Virus record (IMG/VR): IMGVR_UViG_3300025840_004398
Length of the DNA: 64,000 bases
Direction: 5' to 3' (one strand)
Origin: a virus
Taxonomy: Duplodnaviria > Caudoviricetes
The notes under the pieces are model-generated. The model was not told the DNA's origin. It did not search any database and saw nothing but the letters and a program-made list of their open reading frames with translations. Shown here one piece after another: positions 46,631-55,869 of the stretch; the first letter of the stretch is position 1, and each line of letters begins with the position of its first letter. The position numbers were made by a program, and so were the translations under genes.

Positions 46631-47092
46631 ATGGCAAAACGCAAGACTATTAAAAAATCAGAACCTAATATTATATCACAGGTTCAGAAAAAAACTCACA
46701 AATTAAACATTAAACCAATAGGTGAACAAGAAATGGAGGTAATCAAGTATGATGACCCCGATATTGTTATCCAAATGGAAAAGGAATGGCCTGAGATGAC
46801 AGATGAATTCAAAAGAATTATGTTTACTCAGTATGAACTATTCTGTAAAAAACAATCAAATTATGGTCCTGATAATATAGCAGCAGGAACTTCTTTGTCA
46901 ACTGACGAAGATATTAAACTTTCTTTAACTGGTTTGTTTTTTAGAATTAATGACAAAGTTCAAAGAATTAAGAACTTAATTGTATTAGGAAAAAAAGACA
47001 ATGTTGGAGAAGTTATTGATGATACCTTTCAAGACTTATCTATATATGGAATTATTGCCCAAATCGTTAAAAATGATAAGTGGGGAAAATAA
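46631..47092 (+). CDS. Nucleotide modification-associated domain 1 (Nmad1/DUF1599-like, all-alpha NTP-PPase fold)
   Basis: FCKKQSNYGPDNI...FRINDKVQRIKNL...DDTFQDLSIYGIIA. Confidence 0.7.
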   Translation: MAKRKTIKKSEPNIISQVQKKTHKLNIKPIGEQEMEVIKYDDPDIVIQMEKEWPEMTDEFKRIMFTQYELFCKKQSNYGPDNIAAGTSLSTDEDIKLSLTGLFFRINDKVQRIKNLIVLGKKDNVGEVIDDTFQDLSIYGIIAQIVKNDKWGK

Positions 47093-47103
47093 TTAAATTA
47101 ATA

Positions 47104-47135
47104 TTTGGATAATTAAAAAATTTTTCGTATCTTTG
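47104..47135 (+). promoter_or_regulatory. Bacteroidota-type sigma promoter (TTTG-N20-TATCTTTG)
   Basis: Upstream of the SSB gene. Confidence 0.8.
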
Positions 47136-47204
47136 TACAACAAAAATCATAAAAAATTTAACACAAAAAGTGATAAATAAATCGGTGATTTTTCACTTTG
47201 GTTA

Positions 47205-47212
47205 TATTTATA
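47205..47212 (+). promoter_or_regulatory. Putative late-promoter motif TATTTATA
   Basis: Second promoter class in the same SSB leader. Confidence 0.45.
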
Positions 47213-47269
47213 TATAGTAAAACACACACCGATAAAACATTAATTATTAACATTTAAAGAGGTAAAATT

Positions 47270-48097
47270 ATGGCTTTAGACATTAACGCAATCAGAGGTA
47301 GACTGAACAAACTACAAAACACACAACGTAAAACAGATGCACTTTGGAAACCAACTCCAGGAAAACATCAAGTAAGAATCGTTCCTTACAAGTTCAACCA
47401 AGATAATCCTTTCATTGAACTTTACTTTCACTACAACATTAACAACAAAACTTATCTTTCACCACAATCTTTTGGTAGACCTGACCCTATTGTAGAGTTT
47501 GCTGATAAACTTAAAAGAATGGGTGATAAAGAAGATTGGAAAGCTGCAAAAGCTATGGAACCAAAACTTCGTACTTTTGTTCCTGTTATTGTAAGAGGTG
47601 AAGAAGGTGAAGGAGTAAGATTTTGGGGATTCGGTAAAACTGTTTACCAAGAAATCCTTGGGTATATCGCTGACCCTGATTATGGTGATATTACTGACCC
47701 AACAAGTGGTAGGGATTTAACAATTGAGTACAAATCAGCTGAAGAAGCTGGTACATCTTACCCAACTACAACAATTAGAGTTAAACCAAGTGAATCTCCT
47801 ATTTCAGAAGATGCATCAAGAGCAACTTCTTTCTTGGAATCACAAACTGAAATTACTGATTTATATTCAGAATTATCTTATGATGAATTAAAAACAGTAT
47901 TAGAAGGTTGGTTAAATCCAAGTGGTGAAGGAGATACTGATTCTCAATCTACATCACAAGAAACACTTGCACCAAAACAAACTATATCAGAAGATATGGG
48001 AGGTTCTCAAGTAGTTTCTACTCCAAGTGAAACTACAACATCAACTAAGAAAACTGATGATGTAGCAGCAGCTTTTGATGATTTATTTAACAACTAA
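47270..48097 (+). CDS. Single-stranded DNA-binding protein (T4 gp32-like)
   Basis: LWKPTPGKHQVRIVP, PFIELYFHY, VRFWGFGKTVY, DITDPTSGRDLTI, acidic tail DDVAAAFDDLFNN. Confidence 0.85.
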   Translation: MALDINAIRGRLNKLQNTQRKTDALWKPTPGKHQVRIVPYKFNQDNPFIELYFHYNINNKTYLSPQSFGRPDPIVEFADKLKRMGDKEDWKAAKAMEPKLRTFVPVIVRGEEGEGVRFWGFGKTVYQEILGYIADPDYGDITDPTSGRDLTIEYKSAEEAGTSYPTTTIRVKPSESPISEDASRATSFLESQTEITDLYSELSYDELKTVLEGWLNPSGEGDTDSQSTSQETLAPKQTISEDMGGSQVVSTPSETTTSTKKTDDVAAAFDDLFNN

Positions 48098-48110
48098 TTA
48101 AACCAAATTT

Positions 48111-49235
48111 ATGGCAAAGAAACAAGAAATGGACTTGGCAGACATCCTTGCGGGTGAACTGAACAAACAAGCCAAAGATAACAAAGTTGCATTTTTCCTT
48201 GATGATGACAGTGCACCTACAAACGTAGATGGATGGGTATCGACAGGATGTGCAATGTTAGATGTTGCAATTTCTAACCGCCCATATGGTGGATTGCCAG
48301 TTGGTAGAATAGTTGAAGTAACTGGTTTAGAACAATCAGGTAAATCACTCGTATCAGCACACCTTCTTGCAGAAACACAGAAACAAGGAGGTGTTGCGGT
48401 ACTAATCGATACTGAAACCGCAGTAAGTAGAGAATTTTTGGAAGCTATCGGTGTGGATGTTTCAAAATTACTTTATGTATCTGCAGATTCAGTAGAACAA
48501 ATCTTTGATATGACCGAAACTATTATTGAAAAAGTTAGGGAAACATCAAAAGATAGATTAGTAACCATTGTAACCGATTCAGTTGCAGCAGCTTCAACAA
48601 CTGCCGAAATGGCATCTGATTATGGTAAAGATGGATACGCTACTGATAAAGCAATCATCATCTCAAAAGCGATGAGGAAAATTACCAACATGATTGGTAG
48701 ACAGAAAATCTTATTAGTTTATACAAACCAACTTCGTCAGAAGATGAATGCGATGCCGTTCGGTGACCCATGGACAACAAGTGGTGGTAAAGCCCTTGCA
48801 TTCCATGCCTCTGTTAGATTGAGATTAAAGGGAACTGGACAAATCAAAATGAAGGTTGGTGGACAAGATAAGATTGTTGGAATGAAAGTTCGTGCACAAG
48901 TTGTAAAAAACAGAATGGGTCCACCACTTCGTTCAACTGATTTTGAAATTTACTTTGATAGAGGAATTGATAATTATGGTTCTTGGTTGAAAGTAATGAA
49001 AGATGAGAAGTTAGTTAAACAAGCAGCTGCTTGGTACACTTATGTTGATACTGAAACTGGTGAAGAACACAAATTCCAATCCAAAGACTTCATTGGTTTA
49101 ATGGAAGAGAATGATGAATTGAGAGAACAAATTTATAAAAAGATATGTGAAGCACAAATCTTACAATATAAATCAGATACTCTCGATATAGATAACATGG
49201 AAATCACCCAAGGAGGTGAAGGTATGGATGATTAA
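48111..49235 (+). CDS. recA: RecA/UvsX recombinase
   Basis: STGCAMLD, GGLPVGRIVEVTGLEQSGKS (Walker A), IVTDSVAA, TNQLR, TTSGGKALAFHASVRL. Confidence 0.95.
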   Translation: MAKKQEMDLADILAGELNKQAKDNKVAFFLDDDSAPTNVDGWVSTGCAMLDVAISNRPYGGLPVGRIVEVTGLEQSGKSLVSAHLLAETQKQGGVAVLIDTETAVSREFLEAIGVDVSKLLYVSADSVEQIFDMTETIIEKVRETSKDRLVTIVTDSVAAASTTAEMASDYGKDGYATDKAIIISKAMRKITNMIGRQKILLVYTNQLRQKMNAMPFGDPWTTSGGKALAFHASVRLRLKGTGQIKMKVGGQDKIVGMKVRAQVVKNRMGPPLRSTDFEIYFDRGIDNYGSWLKVMKDEKLVKQAAAWYTYVDTETGEEHKFQSKDFIGLMEENDELREQIYKKICEAQILQYKSDTLDIDNMEITQGGEGMDD

Positions 49236-49244
49236 AAATAAGTT

Positions 49245-49472
49245 ATGAGTAAATTAGTAACAATGTTGAGAAAAAGTGCCGAAGCTGATAAAGCTAAGGC
49301 ACTTCTATCTCTCGATTTATTAGACAAGAAGGCAGTTGGTATTGGTGACCACTCTACTGAAGATTTCTACAAGAACGCTGAGGAAGCACTTGGATTACTT
49401 GCAGATTCACAAGATAGATTGGAAGCACTTGAAATTTATCAACAAAGTATAGAAAAAGACCTTCTTACATGA
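49245..49472 (+). CDS. Hypothetical helical protein
   Basis: 75-aa ORF coupled to the next gene. Confidence 0.65.
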   Translation: MSKLVTMLRKSAEADKAKALLSLDLLDKKAVGIGDHSTEDFYKNAEEALGLLADSQDRLEALEIYQQSIEKDLLT

Positions 49473-50524
49473 AAGAACTATACAAGAACATTTTAGAGTC
49501 AGTTGAAACTGATAGAACCCAAAATATCAATAGACACAAAAACTCTCGTGTCCTTATTATTGATGGATTAAATACCTTTATCAGATGTTGGTCATCTATA
49601 CCAACTATGAATGATGATGGAGACCATGTTGCTGGTGTAACTGGTGTTCTTAAATCAATAGGTTATGCAATCAGACAAACTCAACCAACTCGTGTTGTTG
49701 TAGTGTTCGATGGTAAGGGAGGTTCAACCTCTCGTAAAAAGAAATTTGGTGGTTATAAAGCCCAACGAGATTCAAACAAACTCAGAGTAAATCGTCAGTA
49801 CGCTGATATGATGAACGATGAGGATGAAAGAGAATCTATGAAAAGACAATTCGTTTGGTTAAATGAAATGTTAGATAGATTACCTCTCACAACTATGATA
49901 TATGATGGTGTTGAAGCTGATGATATCATGGCTTATATTACTACTAACATTCTCAAGGAAGATGAACAGGCGGTGATTATGTCAACTGATAAGGATTTCC
50001 TTCAATTGGTTGATGATAAAACCATCGTCTGGTCACCTACCAAAAAGAAAATGTACAATAAAAATCGTGTAAAGGAAGAATTTGGTATTGAATCCAAAAA
50101 CTTACTTCTTTACAGAGTTTTAGATGGTGATAAATCAGATAACATTCCTGGTGTATATGGATGTGGAATCAAAACTTTGGTAAAAAGATTTCCTGAAATT
50201 ACAGAAGATGTTAAATTAGATGTAAATGATTTATTACAACTAGCAGAACAGAAAAAGGAAGAAACTAAAGGTAAGATTAAAATATACAATGATATCATAG
50301 AAGCTAAAAATCAAATTCTTCTTAATAGAGAATTGATGCAATTAGATGATGTGGATATTAGTGGTACTATTAAACTAAAAACTTTAGATAGATTTAATGA
50401 ACCTATTAAACCATTAAATAAAATGGATTTTATGAAGGTTCTTTTAAAATACAAAGTAACATCTGCGTTTGGAGATATTAATGATTGGTTAAAAACCACA
50501 TTTGGAAATTTAATTACCGATTAA
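49469..50524 (+). CDS. 5'-3' exonuclease / flap endonuclease (T4 RNase H-like)
   Basis: LIIDGLNTFIR, VVFDGKGG, YKAQR, GVEADD, MSTDKDFLQL, LDGDKSDNIPGV. Confidence 0.92.
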   Translation: MKELYKNILESVETDRTQNINRHKNSRVLIIDGLNTFIRCWSSIPTMNDDGDHVAGVTGVLKSIGYAIRQTQPTRVVVVFDGKGGSTSRKKKFGGYKAQRDSNKLRVNRQYADMMNDEDERESMKRQFVWLNEMLDRLPLTTMIYDGVEADDIMAYITTNILKEDEQAVIMSTDKDFLQLVDDKTIVWSPTKKKMYNKNRVKEEFGIESKNLLLYRVLDGDKSDNIPGVYGCGIKTLVKRFPEITEDVKLDVNDLLQLAEQKKEETKGKIKIYNDIIEAKNQILLNRELMQLDDVDISGTIKLKTLDRFNEPIKPLNKMDFMKVLLKYKVTSAFGDINDWLKTTFGNLITD

Positions 50525-50556
50525 TTTGTATCTTTCAAATAATTTTCGTATCTTTG
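50525..50556 (+). promoter_or_regulatory. Bacteroidota-type sigma promoter (TTTG-N20-TATCTTTG)
   Basis: Upstream of the helicase gene. Confidence 0.8.
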
Positions 50557-50578
50557 TATCAGTTTTAAAAAAGAGTCA

Positions 50579-51940
50579 ATGCAAGAAACAGTAGATACCT
50601 TATCGAAATATGGGCAATCATTTCAATCAAAGGTTGTATCTGCACTTTTAACTGATAATAAGTTTCTCGATACCATAGGTGAAATAACCACTACCAAGTT
50701 CTTTGAGAACGATGCTAACAAGTGGATTATTGGTGAGATACTTGAGTATCACAATGAGTTCAGAAAACCTCCTACACTTGATGTATTTAAATCTCAGTTG
50801 TCTAAAGTAGATAATGAGATTTTAAAGAAAACTGTGGTAGACCAACTAAAACACATCTACACACAAGTTGGTAATGTAGATTTAGATTACATAAAAAAAG
50901 AATATAGAGATTTCTGTATTAATCAAAATCTTAAAGGAGTAATCCTACGTTCAGTTGATTTACTACAAGCTGGTTCTTATGATAGAATCAAAGATTTAGT
51001 AGATGCTGCAATGAAAGTTGGACACGAAACCAACTTGGGTATGGATTATATCGAAGATTATGATGAAAGGATGCAGGATTTAAAGAGAAGTACTGTTCCA
51101 ACTAAATGGGAACCAATCAACGATTTAATGGATGGTGGATTAGGACCTGGCGAATTGGGAGTAGTAGTGGCACCTTCGGGTGTTGGAAAGACATGGATTC
51201 TCACCGCAATTGGTGCAGAAGCTGTTCGGAGAGGTTTGAGTGTGGTACATTACACAATGGAATTATCAGAACACTACGTTGGTGCTCGATATGATACTGT
51301 GTTTACAGGTATTCCCTCTGCTGATTTGAAGGATAAAAAGGAAGAGGTCAAAAGTAGAATCAAGAATCTTCGTGGGAAACTTTTAATTAAGTATTTCCCA
51401 CCTAAAGGTGTTACAGTAAAGAAGTTACAACAACATATTGAGAAGATGGTTACGTTAGATAACAAGCCCGATGTTATCATAGTTGATTATGCAGACCTCC
51501 TACTCTCAAGTTCGAGTAAGAATGACTCTACTTACCAAGAACAAGGAGGAGTGTATATTGACCTTCGAGGAATGAGTGGTGAAATGGAAATACCTATTTG
51601 GACTGCTTCTCAAACCAACCGTTCAGCTATTGATTCAGAAGTAATTGAAGCAGATAAAATTGCTGATTCTTATGCAAAAGTAATGAACGCAGATTTCATT
51701 ATGAGTTGGAGTAGAAAATCAAAAGATAAATTGAACAATACTGCTCGTGCACACATTATGAAAAACAGATTTGGACAAGATGGAATTACTTTCCCTTGTA
51801 AAATGGATACCAATACAGGTTATATCGAAGTTTACGATGGAACATCACCAGACGGTGTTATTGCACAGAAAGAAGCAGCAAGTGGTCAATTAGAAACAAA
51901 GAAACTTCTACATAAGAAATATGTAGAAAATATGGGGTAA
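50579..51940 (+). CDS. dnaB: Replicative DNA helicase (DnaB / T4 gp41-like)
   Basis: GGLGPGELGVVVAPSGVGKT (Walker A), YTMELS, IIVDYADL, WTASQTNR, MKNRFG. Confidence 0.9.
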   Translation: MQETVDTLSKYGQSFQSKVVSALLTDNKFLDTIGEITTTKFFENDANKWIIGEILEYHNEFRKPPTLDVFKSQLSKVDNEILKKTVVDQLKHIYTQVGNVDLDYIKKEYRDFCINQNLKGVILRSVDLLQAGSYDRIKDLVDAAMKVGHETNLGMDYIEDYDERMQDLKRSTVPTKWEPINDLMDGGLGPGELGVVVAPSGVGKTWILTAIGAEAVRRGLSVVHYTMELSEHYVGARYDTVFTGIPSADLKDKKEEVKSRIKNLRGKLLIKYFPPKGVTVKKLQQHIEKMVTLDNKPDVIIVDYADLLLSSSSKNDSTYQEQGGVYIDLRGMSGEMEIPIWTASQTNRSAIDSEVIEADKIADSYAKVMNADFIMSWSRKSKDKLNNTARAHIMKNRFGQDGITFPCKMDTNTGYIEVYDGTSPDGVIAQKEAASGQLETKKLLHKKYVENMG

Positions 51941-52112
51941 GGGTATCAAAAAATTATCACACCCTATGATAAAAATGAAGGTTAATATAACAAAATAAGA
52001 AACTTAAAAAATATTATCAAAAATCCATTTCGTTTTTGGATATATATGATAATTATAAACACCCACCAATCAAACGGTGGACTTAATACTAATAATTAAA
52101 AAGGAATAATTT

Positions 52113-52283
52113 ATGGCAAATTCACAAGAAATTTTCGAACAAATCTCAGAGTTATATACTCAATTCGAAGCAGAACACAATGGAACTACTAAAGCTGCAA
52201 AATCAAGAGCTAGAAAAGCGATTGGTGAAATTAAAAAACTTGTAACCGATTATAGAAAAGCATCAGTAGAAGAAAGTAAATAA
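52113..52283 (+). CDS. Histone H1-like / Hc1-type small nucleoid-associated protein (56 aa), not in the ORF track
   Basis: MANSQEIFEQISELYTQFEAEHNGTTKAAKSRARKAIGEIKKLVTDYRKASVEESK matches the Bacteroidota Hc1-like pattern KAA..RARKA..E..K....YRK.S; AAGGA upstream. Confidence 0.75.
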   Translation: MANSQEIFEQISELYTQFEAEHNGTTKAAKSRARKAIGEIKKLVTDYRKASVEESK

Positions 52284-52299
52284 TATTAAGGTTACAAAT

Positions 52300-53295
52300 A
52301 TGAGTAAATTATTCCAAGAAAGAATTCCTTTCAAACCATTCGAATACCCAATCTATTATACAGAAGGATGGCTAAAACAAGCACAAGCGTTTTGGTTACA
52401 TACTGAAATCCCTATGCAGGGTGATGTAAAAGATTGGAACGAACGATTAACCAAAGAAGAGAAAAATTTGGTTGGGAATATCCTACTTGGATTTGCTCAA
52501 ACTGAATGTGCAGTTTCAGATTATTGGACAGGGATGGTAACCAAGTGGTTTCCAAAACACGAGATAAGACAGATGGCGATGATGTTTGGTTCACAAGAAA
52601 CTATCCACGCTACTGCATATTCATACTTAAATGAAACATTAGGGTTAGATGACTTCTCAGCTTTTCTGCACGAACCTGCAGTTGCTGAGAAGTTCGAACT
52701 CTTAACTCAAACTACTGCCGATTGGACACCAGAAGATTTGAATACAAATCCACAAGCAAGAAAAGAAGTGGCTCGTTCATTGGCAATCTTCTCTGCATTT
52801 AGTGAGGGAGTTTCTCTCTACTCATCATTTGCAGTACTTTACTCATTCCAAATGAGAAACCTACTCAAAGGTATTGGACAACAAATGAAATGGAGTGTAA
52901 GAGATGAATCTCTACATTCTAAGATGGGTTGTCAATTATTTAGAGAGATGTGTGGGGAGTTTCCAGAACTACTCGAAGAATCTAAAACTGAAATTGAAGA
53001 AGCTGCAAAATTAATTGTAGACCTTGAATCTAAGTTTATTGATAAGATGTTCGAGTTGGGTGATTTGGAAAATCTATCAGCATCAGATTTAAAAGAATTT
53101 ATAAAAGCAAGAACCAACTCTAAGTTGGAGGAATTAGGATACAAAGGTATCTTTGAATACAATACAGAACAGGCAGAAAACCTTGAATGGTTCTACCACT
53201 TAACTGGTGGATTAACTCACACAGATTTCTTCGCAATCAGACCTACTGATTACTCCAAAGCAAATGAAGGTGAGGATTGGGGTGATTTATTTTAA
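52300..53295 (+). CDS. nrdB: Ribonucleotide reductase class Ia beta subunit
   Basis: FWLHTEIPMQGDVKDW, FAQTE, ETIHATAY, SEGVSLYSSF, VRDESLH, TDFFA. Confidence 0.93.
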   Translation: MSKLFQERIPFKPFEYPIYYTEGWLKQAQAFWLHTEIPMQGDVKDWNERLTKEEKNLVGNILLGFAQTECAVSDYWTGMVTKWFPKHEIRQMAMMFGSQETIHATAYSYLNETLGLDDFSAFLHEPAVAEKFELLTQTTADWTPEDLNTNPQARKEVARSLAIFSAFSEGVSLYSSFAVLYSFQMRNLLKGIGQQMKWSVRDESLHSKMGCQLFREMCGEFPELLEESKTEIEEAAKLIVDLESKFIDKMFELGDLENLSASDLKEFIKARTNSKLEELGYKGIFEYNTEQAENLEWFYHLTGGLTHTDFFAIRPTDYSKANEGEDWGDLF

Positions 53296-53304
53296 ATAAA
53301 AGTT

Positions 53305-53607
53305 ATGACATTAAATGAATTAGAAGTTAAGATTCGTGATTGGGCGATTGAACGAAACATTGATAAAAGTGAGAACGCACCAAAACAGATGATTAAGATT
53401 ATGGAAGAGTTGGGAGAAACCTCTGCAGCACTTCTAAAAAAGAATGAACCCGAATTGAAAGATGGTATTGGTGATATACTCGTAACAGTTATTATCTTTG
53501 CACAACAATTAGGTTACACTCCAGCCGAATGTTTAGAAGCTGCTTGGAACGAAATAAAAGATAGAAAAGGAAAAACCAAAGACGGAGTATTTGTCAAAGA
53601 TGAATAG
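53305..53607 (+). CDS. MazG-like NTP pyrophosphohydrolase
   Basis: KIMEELGE...KDGIGDILVTVI...CLEAAWNEIKDRKG. Confidence 0.85.
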   Translation: MTLNELEVKIRDWAIERNIDKSENAPKQMIKIMEELGETSAALLKKNEPELKDGIGDILVTVIIFAQQLGYTPAECLEAAWNEIKDRKGKTKDGVFVKDE

Positions 53608-53746
53608 GAATACAGAAAACATGAAAAATAGATGGAATAGAAGAATGGCGGGTTCTATCTTATCTCCAAATCCAACCGGTATGTTGGTAGATATTGCATT
53701 AAGAGCAATAAAATATAATAAAATAAAAAAACAAAGAAATGGCTAA
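53600..53746 (+). CDS. Small basic protein (48 aa), not in the ORF track
   Basis: MNRNTENMKNRWNRRMAGSILSPNPTGMLVDIALRAIKYNKIKKQRNG; overlaps both neighbouring genes by 8 bp. Confidence 0.4.
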   Translation: MNRNTENMKNRWNRRMAGSILSPNPTGMLVDIALRAIKYNKIKKQRNG

Positions 53747-55520
53747 AAACTACGGTGAAGATTTAGGTTGGGAATTAGATGTTGATTTCCCATCATGGGG
53801 TAACACAGAGATTTATGTAAAGACAATCTCTAAAGGATACTTACTTGCTGGTGAAAAACCTAAAGATGCTTATTGGAGAGTTGCAACCAAAGTTGCACAA
53901 AGATTAAACAAACCACATATGGCATCTAAATTCTTCGATTATATTTGGAAAGGTTGGTTGAACTTAGCAACCCCAGTCCTTTCAAATACTGGTACTGATA
54001 GAGGATTACCTATTTCTTGTTTTGGTATCGATGTAGCCGATTCTATTTATGATATTGGTAAAAAGAACTTAGAACTAATGTTACTTGCCAAACATGGTGG
54101 TGGTGTTGGTATTGGAATCAACCAAATCAGACCTGCTGGTTCTAACATTACAGGTAATGGAACATCAGATGGTGTTGTACCATTCACAAAAATATATGAT
54201 TCAACTATCTTAGCAACCAACCAAGGTTCAGTTCGTAGAGGTGCAGCTTCAGTAAACTTAAACATCGAACATAGTGATTTCGAAGAGTGGTTAGAAATCA
54301 GAGAACCAAAGGGAGATGTAAACAGACAATCACTCAACCTTCACCAATGTGCAGTTGTTGGTAATAAGTTTATGAGAAAACTTCAAGATGGTGATGAAAC
54401 CGCAAGAAGAAAATGGGGTAAACTCTTACAGAAAAGAAAAGCAACTGGTGAACCTTATATCATGTTTAAAGGGAATGTAAACAACGCAAACCCTGAAATG
54501 TATAAGAAGAATGGATTAAAAGTATTCATGACTAATATCTGTTCTGAAATCACTCTACATACAGATGAGAACCACTCATTCGTTTGTTGTTTATCTTCAG
54601 TAAACCTTGCAAAGTACAACGAGTGGAAAGATACTGATTTAATTTATACTGCAACTTGGTTCTTAGATGGAGTACTTTCAGAATTTATCCAAAAGGCTAA
54701 GAACATGAGAGGATTCGAAAACTCAGTTGCATCTGCTGAAAAAGGTAGAGCATTAGGATTAGGAGTATTAGGATGGCACACTTACTTACAACAACAAGGT
54801 ATTCCATTTGAAGGAATGGAAGCACAGTTTGAAACTCGTAAGATTTTCTCCCAAATTAAAATCGAATCAGAGAGAGCATCAAGAGATATGGCATCTGAAA
54901 TGGGTGAACCACTATGGTGTAAAGAAAGTGGAATGAGAAATACCCACCTTCGAGCAATTGCACCAACAGTTTCAAACTCGAAACTAAGTGGTAATGTATC
55001 TGCTGGTATTGAACCATGGGCAGCAAACATATTTACTGAACAAACTGCAAAAGGAACTTTCATTAGAAAAAACCAAGAGTTAGAAAAGGTACTAAGAAAA
55101 GCTGGTATCAATAACAAAGATACTTGGGATAAGATTATGGAAGATGGTGGTTCAGTACAAGATTTAAAAGAATTAGATAATTGGGTATATCTTGGAGGAA
55201 AGATGTTACAATTATCAGATGTATCTGAAGAAGATAAACTAAAAACCTACCCTGTCAAGGATGTGTTCAGAACGTTTAAGGAAATCAACCAAATGGACTT
55301 GGTTAAACAAGCTGGTGTAAGACAACAGTATATTGACCAAGCCGTTTCCTTGAACTTGGCATTCCCTTCGATTGCATCTCCAAAGTGGATTAATCAAGTT
55401 ACGATGGAAGCTTGGAAGCAGGGAATCAAAACGTTATATTATATGAGAACTGAATCAGTACTCAGAGGTGATATCGCGACTCGTGCAGTTGACCCCGATT
55501 GTGTGGCTTGTGATGGTTAA
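53739..55520 (+). CDS. nrdA: Ribonucleotide reductase class Ia alpha subunit (short, no ATP cone)
   Basis: LATPVLSN, ISCF, GGGVG, TNICSEI, CCLSSVNL, RALGLGVLG, IAPTVSNS, KTLYYMR, C-terminal CVACDG. Confidence 0.95.
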   Translation: MAKNYGEDLGWELDVDFPSWGNTEIYVKTISKGYLLAGEKPKDAYWRVATKVAQRLNKPHMASKFFDYIWKGWLNLATPVLSNTGTDRGLPISCFGIDVADSIYDIGKKNLELMLLAKHGGGVGIGINQIRPAGSNITGNGTSDGVVPFTKIYDSTILATNQGSVRRGAASVNLNIEHSDFEEWLEIREPKGDVNRQSLNLHQCAVVGNKFMRKLQDGDETARRKWGKLLQKRKATGEPYIMFKGNVNNANPEMYKKNGLKVFMTNICSEITLHTDENHSFVCCLSSVNLAKYNEWKDTDLIYTATWFLDGVLSEFIQKAKNMRGFENSVASAEKGRALGLGVLGWHTYLQQQGIPFEGMEAQFETRKIFSQIKIESERASRDMASEMGEPLWCKESGMRNTHLRAIAPTVSNSKLSGNVSAGIEPWAANIFTEQTAKGTFIRKNQELEKVLRKAGINNKDTWDKIMEDGGSVQDLKELDNWVYLGGKMLQLSDVSEEDKLKTYPVKDVFRTFKEINQMDLVKQAGVRQQYIDQAVSLNLAFPSIASPKWINQVTMEAWKQGIKTLYYMRTESVLRGDIATRAVDPDCVACDG

Positions 55521-55544
55521 ATTAATAATTAAATAGGAGAAATT

Positions 55545-55811
55545 ATGATTGAAGTAAAAAAATTCTACGCAGAATGGTGCGGCCCTTGTAAAATGTTAAC
55601 ACCAATAATGGAAAAAGTAAAAACAGGATATTCAGATGTATCGTTTAAGGATATTAATATAGATGAAGATTTTGAAATTGCACAGAAGTATTTTGTACGT
55701 TCAGTACCAACAGTTATCATCGAACAAGATGGTCAAGAAGTTGGTAGATATGCAGGACTTCAATCAGAACTTACCTATAAGAACGCCTTAAACGAATTAA
55801 AAAGTGCTTAA
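55545..55811 (+). CDS. trxA: Thioredoxin
   Basis: FYAEWCGPCKML, RSVPT. Confidence 0.9.
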   Translation: MIEVKKFYAEWCGPCKMLTPIMEKVKTGYSDVSFKDINIDEDFEIAQKYFVRSVPTVIIEQDGQEVGRYAGLQSELTYKNALNELKSA

Positions 55812-55815
55812 AATA

Positions 55816-55847
55816 TTTGGCAGATTAAAATATTTTTCGTATCTTTG
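55816..55847 (+). promoter_or_regulatory. Bacteroidota-type sigma promoter (TTTG-N20-TATCTTTG)
   Basis: Upstream of the HD gene. Confidence 0.8.
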
Positions 55848-55869
55848 TGTTACCTTAAAATTATAAGAT

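Noticed and set aside
43073-55520. Group I introns or inteins in thyA, nrdB, nrdA, recA or the helicase
   Set aside because: Each is a single uninterrupted ORF of normal length with contiguous motifs.
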